A stretch of 64,000 nucleotides of DNA from an uncultured Clostridia bacterium (lineage in GTDB: Bacteria; Bacillota; Clostridia; Christensenellales; UBA1242): positions 50,199 to 114,198 of the forward strand of contig CALVZE010000001.1 of assembly GCA_944372445.1 (NCBI GenBank). The letters are read 5' to 3'. Under the pieces are notes generated by a model. That model had not been told where the DNA came from. It saw nothing but the letters and a program-made list of their open reading frames with translations, and searched no databases. Positions 56,927 through 64,000 of the stretch are shown piece after piece. Each line of letters begins with the position of its first letter. Position 1 is the first letter of the stretch. The position numbers and the translations under genes are program-made.

Positions 56927-56960
56927 GTGAAGAGTAAAAAATGAAGAATGAAGAGTTGCG
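56910..56960 (+). repeat. AAACGC-loop-GCGTTT hairpin plus GTGAAGAGT/ATGAAGAATGAAGAG repeat copy
   Basis: AAACGCaaaGCGTTTGAGTGAAGAGTAAAAAATGAAGAATGAAGAGTTGCGG. It overlaps the nrdG stop. Confidence 0.6.
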
Positions 56961-57040
56961 GACAAATACTTTATATTTATTAAATTTTCATTCTTATATA
57001 AATTTCGAAAGTTATTAATAACAAAATAAAAGGAAAAATT

Positions 57041-57487
57041 ATGAACTATATTGATGTTAAAATTAAAAAGTTAAATGAAAAGGCAAAAATGCCAACTTAC
57101 GGCACAGAGTTTTCTGCTGGCGCTGATTTATATGCTTGTCTTGACAAGAGCGTCACAATCGCACCAGGGGAAACGGTGTTTATAAAGACAGGTCTGTCTA
57201 TGGAAGTAGGCGAGGGCTTTGGTATTTTCATATTTGCACGCTCTGGACTTAGTATCAAGCAAGGACTAGCTCCTGCAAATAAAGTAGGTGTCGTTGACAG
57301 TGATTATCGCGGAGAGGTTGTGGTGGCACTTCATAACCACGACAGCGTTGAAAGAACGGTGGAAAATGGTGACCGTGTGGCGCAAATGGTTGTTTTGCCG
57401 TATTACAAAGCAAAGTTTGAAGAGGTTGACGCTCTTTCTGACACCATACGCGGAGCAGGCGGTTTTGGCTCGACAGGGAAGAAATAG
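57041..57487 (+). CDS. dut: dUTP diphosphatase
   Basis: AGADLYA, ARSGLS, GVVDSDYRGEV and a C-terminal RGAGGFGSTG. Confidence 0.93.
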   Translation: MNYIDVKIKKLNEKAKMPTYGTEFSAGADLYACLDKSVTIAPGETVFIKTGLSMEVGEGFGIFIFARSGLSIKQGLAPANKVGVVDSDYRGEVVVALHNHDSVERTVENGDRVAQMVVLPYYKAKFEEVDALSDTIRGAGGFGSTGKK

Positions 57488-57560
57488 GAAAATTTTTAGG
57501 TTTGTTTAAACGATAAGCATAATTTAAATATCTTTTAAAAATCAACTTAAAACGCGAAAA

Positions 57561-57590
57561 CTTATCCACATTTTTGGATAAGTTTTTTAG
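57561..57590 (+). terminator. dut terminator whose stem contains a perfect DnaA box
   Basis: CTTATCCA-catttt-TGGATAAG followed by T6. TTATCCACA lies at 57562-57570. Confidence 0.6.
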
Positions 57591-57667
57591 TTTATAAAAA
57601 ATTTTTTATGACAATTTTATGTGTCTTTTGCCATAGATTGCTAGAAAAACACAAAAATTAAACAAAG

Positions 57668-57684
57668 ATGTCCACATATCCACA
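57668..57684 (+). promoter_or_regulatory. Overlapping DnaA-box pair outside oriC
   Basis: ATGTCCACA and ATATCCACA overlap. The 15-mer CCACATATCCACAAA is identical to oriC 28755-28769. Confidence 0.5.
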
Positions 57685-57697
57685 AAGGCAAAAATTA

Positions 57698-57791
57698 CAC
57701 AGGCATTGCCTGTTTTTGATGTTTCTTATGTTTAACTGTGTTTTCTTAGATCCTTCGACTTCGCTCGCTGACGCTCACGGCTCAGGATGAC
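57698..57791 (+). repeat. About 90-bp repeated module, copy B
   Basis: CACAGGCAtTGCCTGTTTTTG...TTTTCTTAGATCCTTCGACttCGCTCGCTgACGCTCACGGCTCAGGATGAC. Matches 28514-28602. Confidence 0.75.
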
Positions 57792-57929
57792 GGCGTCGCA
57801 AACTGCACTTCATTTCGTGATTTGCTTTTTATCAAATCACTTATCATTCGTTTGTTTGCTCCTTTCAGCGACCAAACGCAATTCGCACTTTGTTGGCGAA
57901 TTGGTCGCTACTTAATGAGGTTTTGATTT

Positions 57930-57970
57930 GTCATGTTGAGCCAGCCGTTAAGGTGCGAGCGAAACATCTC
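57930..57970 (+). repeat. GTCATGTTGAGC...CGAAACATCTC repeat copy (inverse orientation of the AGATGTTTCGAC type)
   Basis: GTCATGTTGAGCCAGCCGTTAAGGTGCGAGCGAAACATCTC. Confidence 0.6.
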
Positions 57971-58034
57971 AGAGAGTGCGGTTTAAGTTGTAAAACAACA
58001 AACATCCAATCGATGTTTTGGTCGAAATATCGGT

Positions 58035-58064
58035 CAAACGGGCGACCCGTTTGAGATTTTATTT
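58035..58064 (+). terminator. Hairpin plus T-rich tail with no upstream ORF
   Basis: CAAACGGG-cga-CCCGTTTG followed by AGATTTTATTT. Confidence 0.5.
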
Positions 58065-58145
58065 AAAAATTTAAAAATTTTTTGTTATTTATTTGACATA
58101 GACAGAAACAGAATTTTTATGCATTAATAATTAAAAGGAGGATAA

Positions 58146-58658
58146 ATGAAAAGAATAAAAACACTAATTGCTGGAATTTTAGGCACTGTGGCAAATCTCG
58201 CTTGGACGATTATGTATGGCTACACTCTAATTGTGCTTATTGCGCTTCTTGGAGGTGCAACCGGCGCGACCGGAGCAGCAGGAGGAATTGTCATCTTTAC
58301 AAATGCTATAATCTTTTTGTCAGCGCTTCTAGGACTTATCTTTTCCATTCTAAGCCTTATATATTTTAATTCAAGTGCCGAAGTTTTTGAAAAGAAAAAG
58401 AAGTTTAATGTAACTGCAATTGTTTTCAACTTTATTTCAGCGTTTTTCTTCTTGCTTACTTTCTTTGGCGATGGAGTGACTGCGGGAACGATAGTCATTG
58501 CAGTAATCGCAATTGCTGTATATGTTGCTGCAAATGTGCTTTATATCTTAGATATGAAGAAAGAAAAGACAGCAACTGTTGAAAAGCAAGAAAAAGTTGT
58601 AGAAGCGCCAAAAGCTGATGAAGTTAAACCAAACGAAGAAAACAAAGAAAGCAAATAA
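58146..58658 (+). CDS. Hypothetical integral membrane protein (4 TM, Lys/Glu-rich tail)
   Basis: AGGAGG RBS, hydrophobic segments, and a GGATGATGAAGG loop. Confidence 0.6.
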   Translation: MKRIKTLIAGILGTVANLAWTIMYGYTLIVLIALLGGATGATGAAGGIVIFTNAIIFLSALLGLIFSILSLIYFNSSAEVFEKKKKFNVTAIVFNFISAFFFLLTFFGDGVTAGTIVIAVIAIAVYVAANVLYILDMKKEKTATVEKQEKVVEAPKADEVKPNEENKESK

Positions 58659-58662
58659 ATAT

Positions 58663-58709
58663 AAAGCCTCAAAACGAAGAAATTGCTTCAAATTGAGGCT
58701 TTTATTTTT
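58663..58709 (+). terminator. Rho-independent terminator
   Basis: AAAGCCTCAA...TTGAGGCTTT followed by a T-rich tail. Confidence 0.75.
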
Positions 58710-58849
58710 GCTTTTTGATTGAAATTTGAAAATTATTCGACAAAATCTTTTTGTCTAACTATAAAATAATTGTTTTTGTTTTGATTTTTTAATTAAAGTA
58801 GGCTATAATTAAACTAGATTAGTTTAAAATAATTAAAAGAGGGGAAGAT

Positions 58850-61762
58850 ATGGCAACTTATTTTTTATGGGGTAGCATTGGGCTTATTGTAGTTTTACTA
58901 TTAGTCGGCTTTTTGGTTGGAATGTATCGCGGGCTTAAACGAACCTCACTTCACATTCTTTTTGTGCTTGTCAGCGTCGTTATAGCTTTCTTTGTGACGC
59001 GACCTATCACAAATGCAATTTTAAATGTCAACATTAACTATGAAGGCTCTTTAATCACAATAAGCGACTATATCGTGAGGATGATTTCAGAAAATGTTGT
59101 TGATTTATCACATTTTGATAGTGCTTCTGAGTTTATCAAACAACTACCGGGTGCAATAGCAAGCCCTATCGTGTTTATTGTCGTTATGCTTGTGATGTTT
59201 TTAATCTTTGAAATTATCTATCTAATCACGGCAAGAATAAGTTTTGGTTCTAAAAAGAAAGATTTTTCCACCAACAAACCACACAGACTTCCAGGCGGAT
59301 TTATTGCTATGGCAGAAACCTTTATGTTCTTCTTGGTGCTTTTCGCTCCGATAACCTCTTTAACGCACACTTATGAGGAGATTGTAACTTCTTCCTCTTC
59401 GTCAAGCACAAGCGAAACGGTTATGCCAACCTTAGGCGAAGAACTCTCTTCTGCAATCCCGCCGAAGGTGCACGAAGCAATACTTTCTTTCAATGATAGT
59501 GCGTTTGGTGCTATCTGTTCTGCGGGTGGATTTGATGACGCTCTCTTTGACGGGCTTTCCGATGTCAAGATTGACGGCGAAAAGATAAATGTAAGATATG
59601 AAATTGTCACCCTTGCAGGAGCTTACGATGATGTGGCAATTTTCGTAAATGAAGTTTCGGCAAACAACTTTGAAACATTAAACTTTGCTCCATTAAAGGC
59701 AAGCGTCACAGAGATTGTAAAAAACAACCTCTTCAAAACAGTGATAACCGACACACTCAAAGACTTTATTGTCAATTTTGACACCCTTAAAGAGGAATTA
59801 GCTCTTACAGATATTCCGAATGAAGTTATTGAAATTATACATGACTTGCAAGCAAAAATGACAGAAGGTTTTGATTTTTACACATATCTATCTTCTGATA
59901 TTCTTGATGTCTTGGATATAGCTGACAGCGTCATAACAAACGGAGTTCTTGAAGAATATATGGCACTTGAAAATGTTGGAGCGGAAGAGATATTGAACCT
60001 TGTAGTCAACAATGATGAAACAGTTTCGACTTCATTAAAAAACGCTCTCACTTTAAATCTTGTTTCCGACACCTTGCCACGCTTACTTGAACTACTTTCA
60101 TCTGAGTTGCAAAAGAATTTTGAAAATGCCGAAAATATCGGACTAAACACCACTCTCACAAGAGAGGATATGGAGAGCATGGTTGATAGTCTTATGAGTA
60201 TAGCAACCGAACTTAAAACCTTAAACGACCAAAACGATATATTTGGACTAATTGAAAGTGAAGATATTGTTGATAGCATCTTGAACCTAAACGATATCGG
60301 TGGTGTGCTTGACGGCTTAGGCGGTGTGCTTGATGAGGCTCACTCTTTGAAGATACTCAACTTTGAGCGCGAGAGCGTTTCTTATAACACGCTTGACGGC
60401 ATTATTGAAAGCATGGGCTTTATACTTCTAGGCGACGATGTTCATGTAAACGGCACATTAGACACCATTGACACGTATTCCGATTTCTTCAACCACATCA
60501 AAACGCCTATTCTCAGCATAAAAGAGGCAGGTCTTACTGACATCCTAAATGAAAACACTGATTTTGATGCGATTTTAGATATAATCAAGACAGAAGTGCA
60601 AAGCGATGACGAATTTTTGGCAAAACTTCTCATGCCTTTCTACGATTTAGACCAGACATCCTTTAACGGTCAAACTTTAAAAGCAATGGTATTCGACACT
60701 GTCATCGACCAACTTAGTGCTAATCTTGACGGTTTTATAAAACTTAAAGACGGTGAGGACACTTATGAAAATTATTACGCTAAACTTGCCTCAATCGGAG
60801 AACTGCTAAATGAACTTTCTTCAAATTCGATTACAGTTACGGAAGATAGCGGAGAAGTGACATATGACTATTTCGATTACATCATGCTAGATAATGCTGA
60901 TTATTTCGCATTAATATCTGATATGCAGGAGAAGAATGTAATAGACAACATCTTGACGCTCCTTTTTGAAAACAACATGTATAGCCCGCTTTACGGAAAG
61001 ATATTCCCTCAAATTGACAGCGAACTTGGCGGTATCACAGGGGTAACACCAACAACCGATTATAGTAATATTGCAGAAAAGAGCGAAGCATATATTGAAG
61101 TTATCAAGGCACTTCTTGATGTTATCAATGATGAAAGCATGAACAGCGAAGAAATTACAGATAAACTTCCTGTTATCGGCAAGGTGCTTGACACTTTGAA
61201 AGTTAGTGCAGATAGCGGTGTGTTTGACGATGTGTTTGTCAATATCATTTGGTATTTGACAGGTGATGTCATTGATGAAAATCCTATCTACACAAGCAAG
61301 CCTGACAGTGAAAACTTACCAAATCCAAACACTGAATACGCAAGAATTAAAGAATACTTAGGCGTTGAAGATGTGACAACAGGCTACTATGAGATTGCGT
61401 CTTATGAGAGTGTTATGAACGAAATTGTCGAGGTTATTGAACTTGCTGACAAATTAAACACAAATTTAAGCAGTATTGAATTAAATAGTTTAGAAAGCGT
61501 TTCCTCTTTCGTGGCAACCTTAAAACAAACAATCGATGAACTTTACGGCGAGGATGTTGCCTCTGCAACAAAGGTGATAGGAAATGCTTCTAAGCTTACA
61601 AACGACCTATTGACAGGTGACGAAGTGTCAGAATATGGTGATGCGATTGCTTCTGCAATCGACATCGCGTTTGAAAGTGATGTCAGCGATGAAAATAGAG
61701 AACTAGCAAATGCCATTAAGACGCTTTTGGGCGTAACAAATGGAGCTGAAAGTGGAATTTAA
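58850..61762 (+). CDS. 970-aa membrane-anchored, highly acidic protein with a possible CvpA-like N-terminal membrane domain
   Basis: The N-terminal 170 aa carry several TMs (IGLIVVLLLVGFLVGMYRGLKRT...), followed by an 800-aa Asp/Glu/Leu/Ile-rich region. The 3' end overlaps rsmH by 23 nt. Confidence 0.65.
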   Translation: MATYFLWGSIGLIVVLLLVGFLVGMYRGLKRTSLHILFVLVSVVIAFFVTRPITNAILNVNINYEGSLITISDYIVRMISENVVDLSHFDSASEFIKQLPGAIASPIVFIVVMLVMFLIFEIIYLITARISFGSKKKDFSTNKPHRLPGGFIAMAETFMFFLVLFAPITSLTHTYEEIVTSSSSSSTSETVMPTLGEELSSAIPPKVHEAILSFNDSAFGAICSAGGFDDALFDGLSDVKIDGEKINVRYEIVTLAGAYDDVAIFVNEVSANNFETLNFAPLKASVTEIVKNNLFKTVITDTLKDFIVNFDTLKEELALTDIPNEVIEIIHDLQAKMTEGFDFYTYLSSDILDVLDIADSVITNGVLEEYMALENVGAEEILNLVVNNDETVSTSLKNALTLNLVSDTLPRLLELLSSELQKNFENAENIGLNTTLTREDMESMVDSLMSIATELKTLNDQNDIFGLIESEDIVDSILNLNDIGGVLDGLGGVLDEAHSLKILNFERESVSYNTLDGIIESMGFILLGDDVHVNGTLDTIDTYSDFFNHIKTPILSIKEAGLTDILNENTDFDAILDIIKTEVQSDDEFLAKLLMPFYDLDQTSFNGQTLKAMVFDTVIDQLSANLDGFIKLKDGEDTYENYYAKLASIGELLNELSSNSITVTEDSGEVTYDYFDYIMLDNADYFALISDMQEKNVIDNILTLLFENNMYSPLYGKIFPQIDSELGGITGVTPTTDYSNIAEKSEAYIEVIKALLDVINDESMNSEEITDKLPVIGKVLDTLKVSADSGVFDDVFVNIIWYLTGDVIDENPIYTSKPDSENLPNPNTEYARIKEYLGVEDVTTGYYEIASYESVMNEIVEVIELADKLNTNLSSIELNSLESVSSFVATLKQTIDELYGEDVASATKVIGNASKLTNDLLTGDEVSEYGDAIASAIDIAFESDVSDENRELANAIKTLLGVTNGAESGI

Positions 61763-62675
61763 ACATATACCTGTGATGCTGAACGAAGTTGTTGACGCGC
61801 TCAACATTAAACCTAATGGCACTTACATAGATTGCACGGTCGGCGGTGGTGGGCATTCATATGAAATTGCAAAGCACCTAACAAACGGCAAATTATATTG
61901 TTTTGACCGAGACGGCGAGGCAATAGCAACAAGCAAAAATCGATTAAAGGAATTCGGCGATAAGGTTGAGTTTGTTAAAGCGAATTTCAAAGATGCGCCG
62001 AATATTATAACCGAAAATGTTGACGGCATATTGATTGACCTAGGCGTAAGTTCTCATCAGATTGACGAGGGTGAGCGTGGATTTAGTTTTCTTCATAATG
62101 GCAGGCTTGATATGCGCATGGGGCAGGACGAAAAGATAAAGACCGCCTACGAGATTGTCAACTTTTCAAGTGAAGATGAACTTAAAGAAATCTTCTTTAA
62201 GTATGGAGAGGAAGAATTTTCTAAGACGATTGCGAAGAATATTGTCAAAGCGCGGGCAGAGAAGAAGATTGAAACTACCTTTGAACTTCGCGACATCATA
62301 GAAAATAGTATGCCAAAAAAAGTTGTCTATTCGCGTGGTGGTGCGTCTAAAAAAGTTTTTCAGGCGCTCAGAATAGCTGTAAATGGAGAACTAGACGAAC
62401 TTGAAAATACATTGTATAAGTTTATCGATATGCTAAATAAAGGCGGTAGGCTTGTCGTTTTGACCTTTCACAGTTTAGAAGATAGGATTGTAAAAAATGT
62501 CTTCAAAAAAGAGGCAACTGATTGTCTTTGTCCGCCAAAGACGCCAATATGTATCTGTGGACACAAGAAAAAGGTCATCCTTGTGAATAGAAAGCCAATT
62601 ACAGCAAGCGAAGGAGAGCTAAAAGCCAACAGTCGAAGTTCTAGTGCGAAGCTAAGAGCTGTGGAACGGGTGTAG
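61740..62675 (+). CDS. rsmH: 16S rRNA (cytosine1402-N4)-methyltransferase RsmH/MraW
   Basis: HIPVMLNEV, DCTVGGGGHS and FHSLEDRIVK. The start could instead be the GTG at 61752. Confidence 0.93.
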   Translation: MELKVEFKHIPVMLNEVVDALNIKPNGTYIDCTVGGGGHSYEIAKHLTNGKLYCFDRDGEAIATSKNRLKEFGDKVEFVKANFKDAPNIITENVDGILIDLGVSSHQIDEGERGFSFLHNGRLDMRMGQDEKIKTAYEIVNFSSEDELKEIFFKYGEEEFSKTIAKNIVKARAEKKIETTFELRDIIENSMPKKVVYSRGGASKKVFQALRIAVNGELDELENTLYKFIDMLNKGGRLVVLTFHSLEDRIVKNVFKKEATDCLCPPKTPICICGHKKKVILVNRKPITASEGELKANSRSSSAKLRAVERV

Positions 62676-62715
62676 GCATATAAAACCAACAAGCAAAAAC
62701 CAAGCCGACTTTCTG

Positions 62716-62740
62716 AGATGTTTCGACGGCGGACATTTCA
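62716..62740 (+). repeat. AGATGTTTCGACGGCGG repeat copy
   Basis: GAGATGTTTCGACGGCGGACATTTCAC. The first 17 nt match 44179-44195. Confidence 0.5.
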
Positions 62741-62804
62741 CTGAAGTATCTAAGTTAAAGTTTTTTTAAAAGTTATCTTTTTAAAAGGAGGTTAATATAA
62801 TAAT

Positions 62805-63521
62805 ATGGACAAGGAAGTCTTAGAAAAGGTTGCCACAGAGACTAAAAAAAAGGAAGACTACATCTGTGCCTACCCTCCTATTTCAAAAGAAAAAGAGGCT
62901 ATAAAAGAAACACATAATAGTCTTGAAGAGAAAACCGCGCAAAATTTAGACAAAAAGACATCAAAGCAACAAGACTTAAAAAATGAGCCTTTGTCAGAAT
63001 ACATTTCAACTTTTAAAGACTTAACCCTCAAAGATGTAAAAAAAGAAGAGGTGCAAGAGGAGATAAAGGAAGTTGAAAAAGAAGAAGTGGTAGACATTGC
63101 TGAAAGCATAGAGCCTGAGGCTGAAGAACCCCCAAAGGTGAAAGAAGAAAAGAAAAAGACCACCCTTGTCATAAGAAAACCCAATTATGATTTGATGCCA
63201 AAAGAAAAAGGGGCTGTCAAGAAAAAAAAGAAGCTAAAAACAGCACTTCTTGCTTGTGCGCTCGCAGTATGTTCGATAGGTTGTGTAGCTGGTGCGGTTG
63301 TATGTGACAATATGAACTCTCATTATATGCAACTAGAAGATAGTTACAACTTAAATCTTATAGACTATTTAAATAAGATTAACAACTTAAATGCCACCAA
63401 TAAAGGCTTTGAATTTATCGAAACATACCCCGAGGAAATAAATGAAATTTCCTCCATAGGCGAAAGCACAAATTGGTTCGACAATTTGACAAATTTCATA
63501 ACGGGGATGTTTGGAGGTTAA
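62805..63521 (+). CDS. Putative cell-division protein in the FtsL position (bitopic, Lys/Glu-rich cytoplasmic region)
   Basis: A single TM (LKTALLACALAVCSIGCVAGAVVC) follows a charged N-terminal region. The gene lies between rsmH and the PBP gene. Confidence 0.5.
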   Translation: MDKEVLEKVATETKKKEDYICAYPPISKEKEAIKETHNSLEEKTAQNLDKKTSKQQDLKNEPLSEYISTFKDLTLKDVKKEEVQEEIKEVEKEEVVDIAESIEPEAEEPPKVKEEKKKTTLVIRKPNYDLMPKEKGAVKKKKKLKTALLACALAVCSIGCVAGAVVCDNMNSHYMQLEDSYNLNLIDYLNKINNLNATNKGFEFIETYPEEINEISSIGESTNWFDNLTNFITGMFGG

Positions 63522-63523
63522 AA

Positions 63524-64000
63524 TTGCGAAAGCCTTATACCTTATTTTCCTTGCAAAAGAGAATAATAACTGTTGGATTAGTTTTAATTCTCCTTGCATG
63601 CGCGTTAGGTGTAAGGCTTTTTATAGTGCAGATAATTAACGGCAAAGATATGCAGACGCGTGCGCTTGATCAGTGGACGCGAGATTTAGCGCTTGTGGCT
63701 CCACGCGGAAATATCTATGACGCAACAGGTGACACGCTGGCTGTTTCATATACAACTTACAATGTCTATGTGCGCGGGCGTGAAGTTACGAATGCAGAGG
63801 AAACGGCAAAAACGCTAGCGGAAATTTTAGACTTAAACTACGAAAACACCCTCAAAAAGGTTAAAAATAAAAATATCAGCGAAAGTTTATTGAAAATGCA
63901 AGTAGAGGGAGATATAGCAGAAAAAATCTACTTAGAGGCTTTAAGAGGTGTCTATCTTGCGGAAAATGTCGGACGCTACTATACCTACGGCGATTTAATG
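63524..64000 (+). CDS. Penicillin-binding protein (FtsI/PBP2B/SpoVD class), N-terminal part; continues beyond the window
   Basis: Absent from the track because no stop falls in the window. A TTG start follows GGAGG. Hand translation gives LRKPYTLFSLQKRIITVGLVLILLACALGVRLFIVQIINGKDMQTRALDQWTRDLALVAPRGNIYDATGDTLAVS, the typical PBP dimerisation-domain start. Confidence 0.85.
   Translation, partial: MRKPYTLFSLQKRIITVGLVLILLACALGVRLFIVQIINGKDMQTRALDQWTRDLALVAPRGNIYDATGDTLAVSYTTYNVYVRGREVTNAEETAKTLAEILDLNYENTLKKVKNKNISESLLKMQVEGDIAEKIYLEALRGVYLAENVGRYYTYGDLM

Noticed and set aside
56941-57000. A mini-ORF, MKNEELRTNTLYLLNFHSYI.
   Set aside because: It arises from the GAAGAATGAAGAG repeat element, has no RBS, and is only 19 codons long.

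Overview
This window is the chromosomal replication-origin region of a low-GC, anaerobic Firmicute-like bacterium, judged from gene content only; the organism was not identified. All motif coordinates were counted by hand and nothing was computed or searched.

**Core content**
- parB-parA-rsmG-mnmG-mnmE and recF lie on the minus strand.
- dnaA, a DnaA-box/AT-rich oriC, and dnaN follow on the plus strand, then rpmH-rnpA-yidD-yidC. This order is rearranged relative to the usual Firmicute layout.
- The right edge holds the start of a dcw cluster: rsmH, an FtsL-like gene and a partial PBP.
- Also present are two tRNA-Ser genes, an oxidative-stress set (rubrerythrin, desulfoferrodoxin, a ferritin-like protein), nrdDG with NrdR boxes, dut, deoD and jag.

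**Largest feature**
- Positions 1-15201 are one stop-free minus-strand ORF of at least 5067 codons. It is absent from the ORF track because its stop lies beyond the left edge.
- It encodes a signal peptide followed by dozens of Listeria-Bacteroides-type repeats, consistent with a giant surface protein.

**Other points worth a second look**
- Four perfect parS palindromes are spaced about 160 bp apart in a 900-bp non-coding stretch beside parAB.
- A second small DnaA-box cluster sits 29 kb from oriC and shares a roughly 90-bp module with it.
- Two families of short dispersed intergenic repeats are present.
- An operon encodes an adenylating enzyme plus two paralogous HGSNAT/DUF1624-like membrane proteins, divergent from a split aconitase-X pair.
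- A receiver-less Spo0A C-terminal-domain protein is paired with a 45-aa RHH protein.
- An orphan divergent XRE pair has three palindromic operators.
- A single-gene AAA-ATPase cassette is flanked by 45-bp direct repeats and preceded by four GGAAAATCTCCA repeats.

No CRISPR array, rRNA, transposase or integrase was seen. I cannot name one clear novel system; the candidates above are hypotheses.
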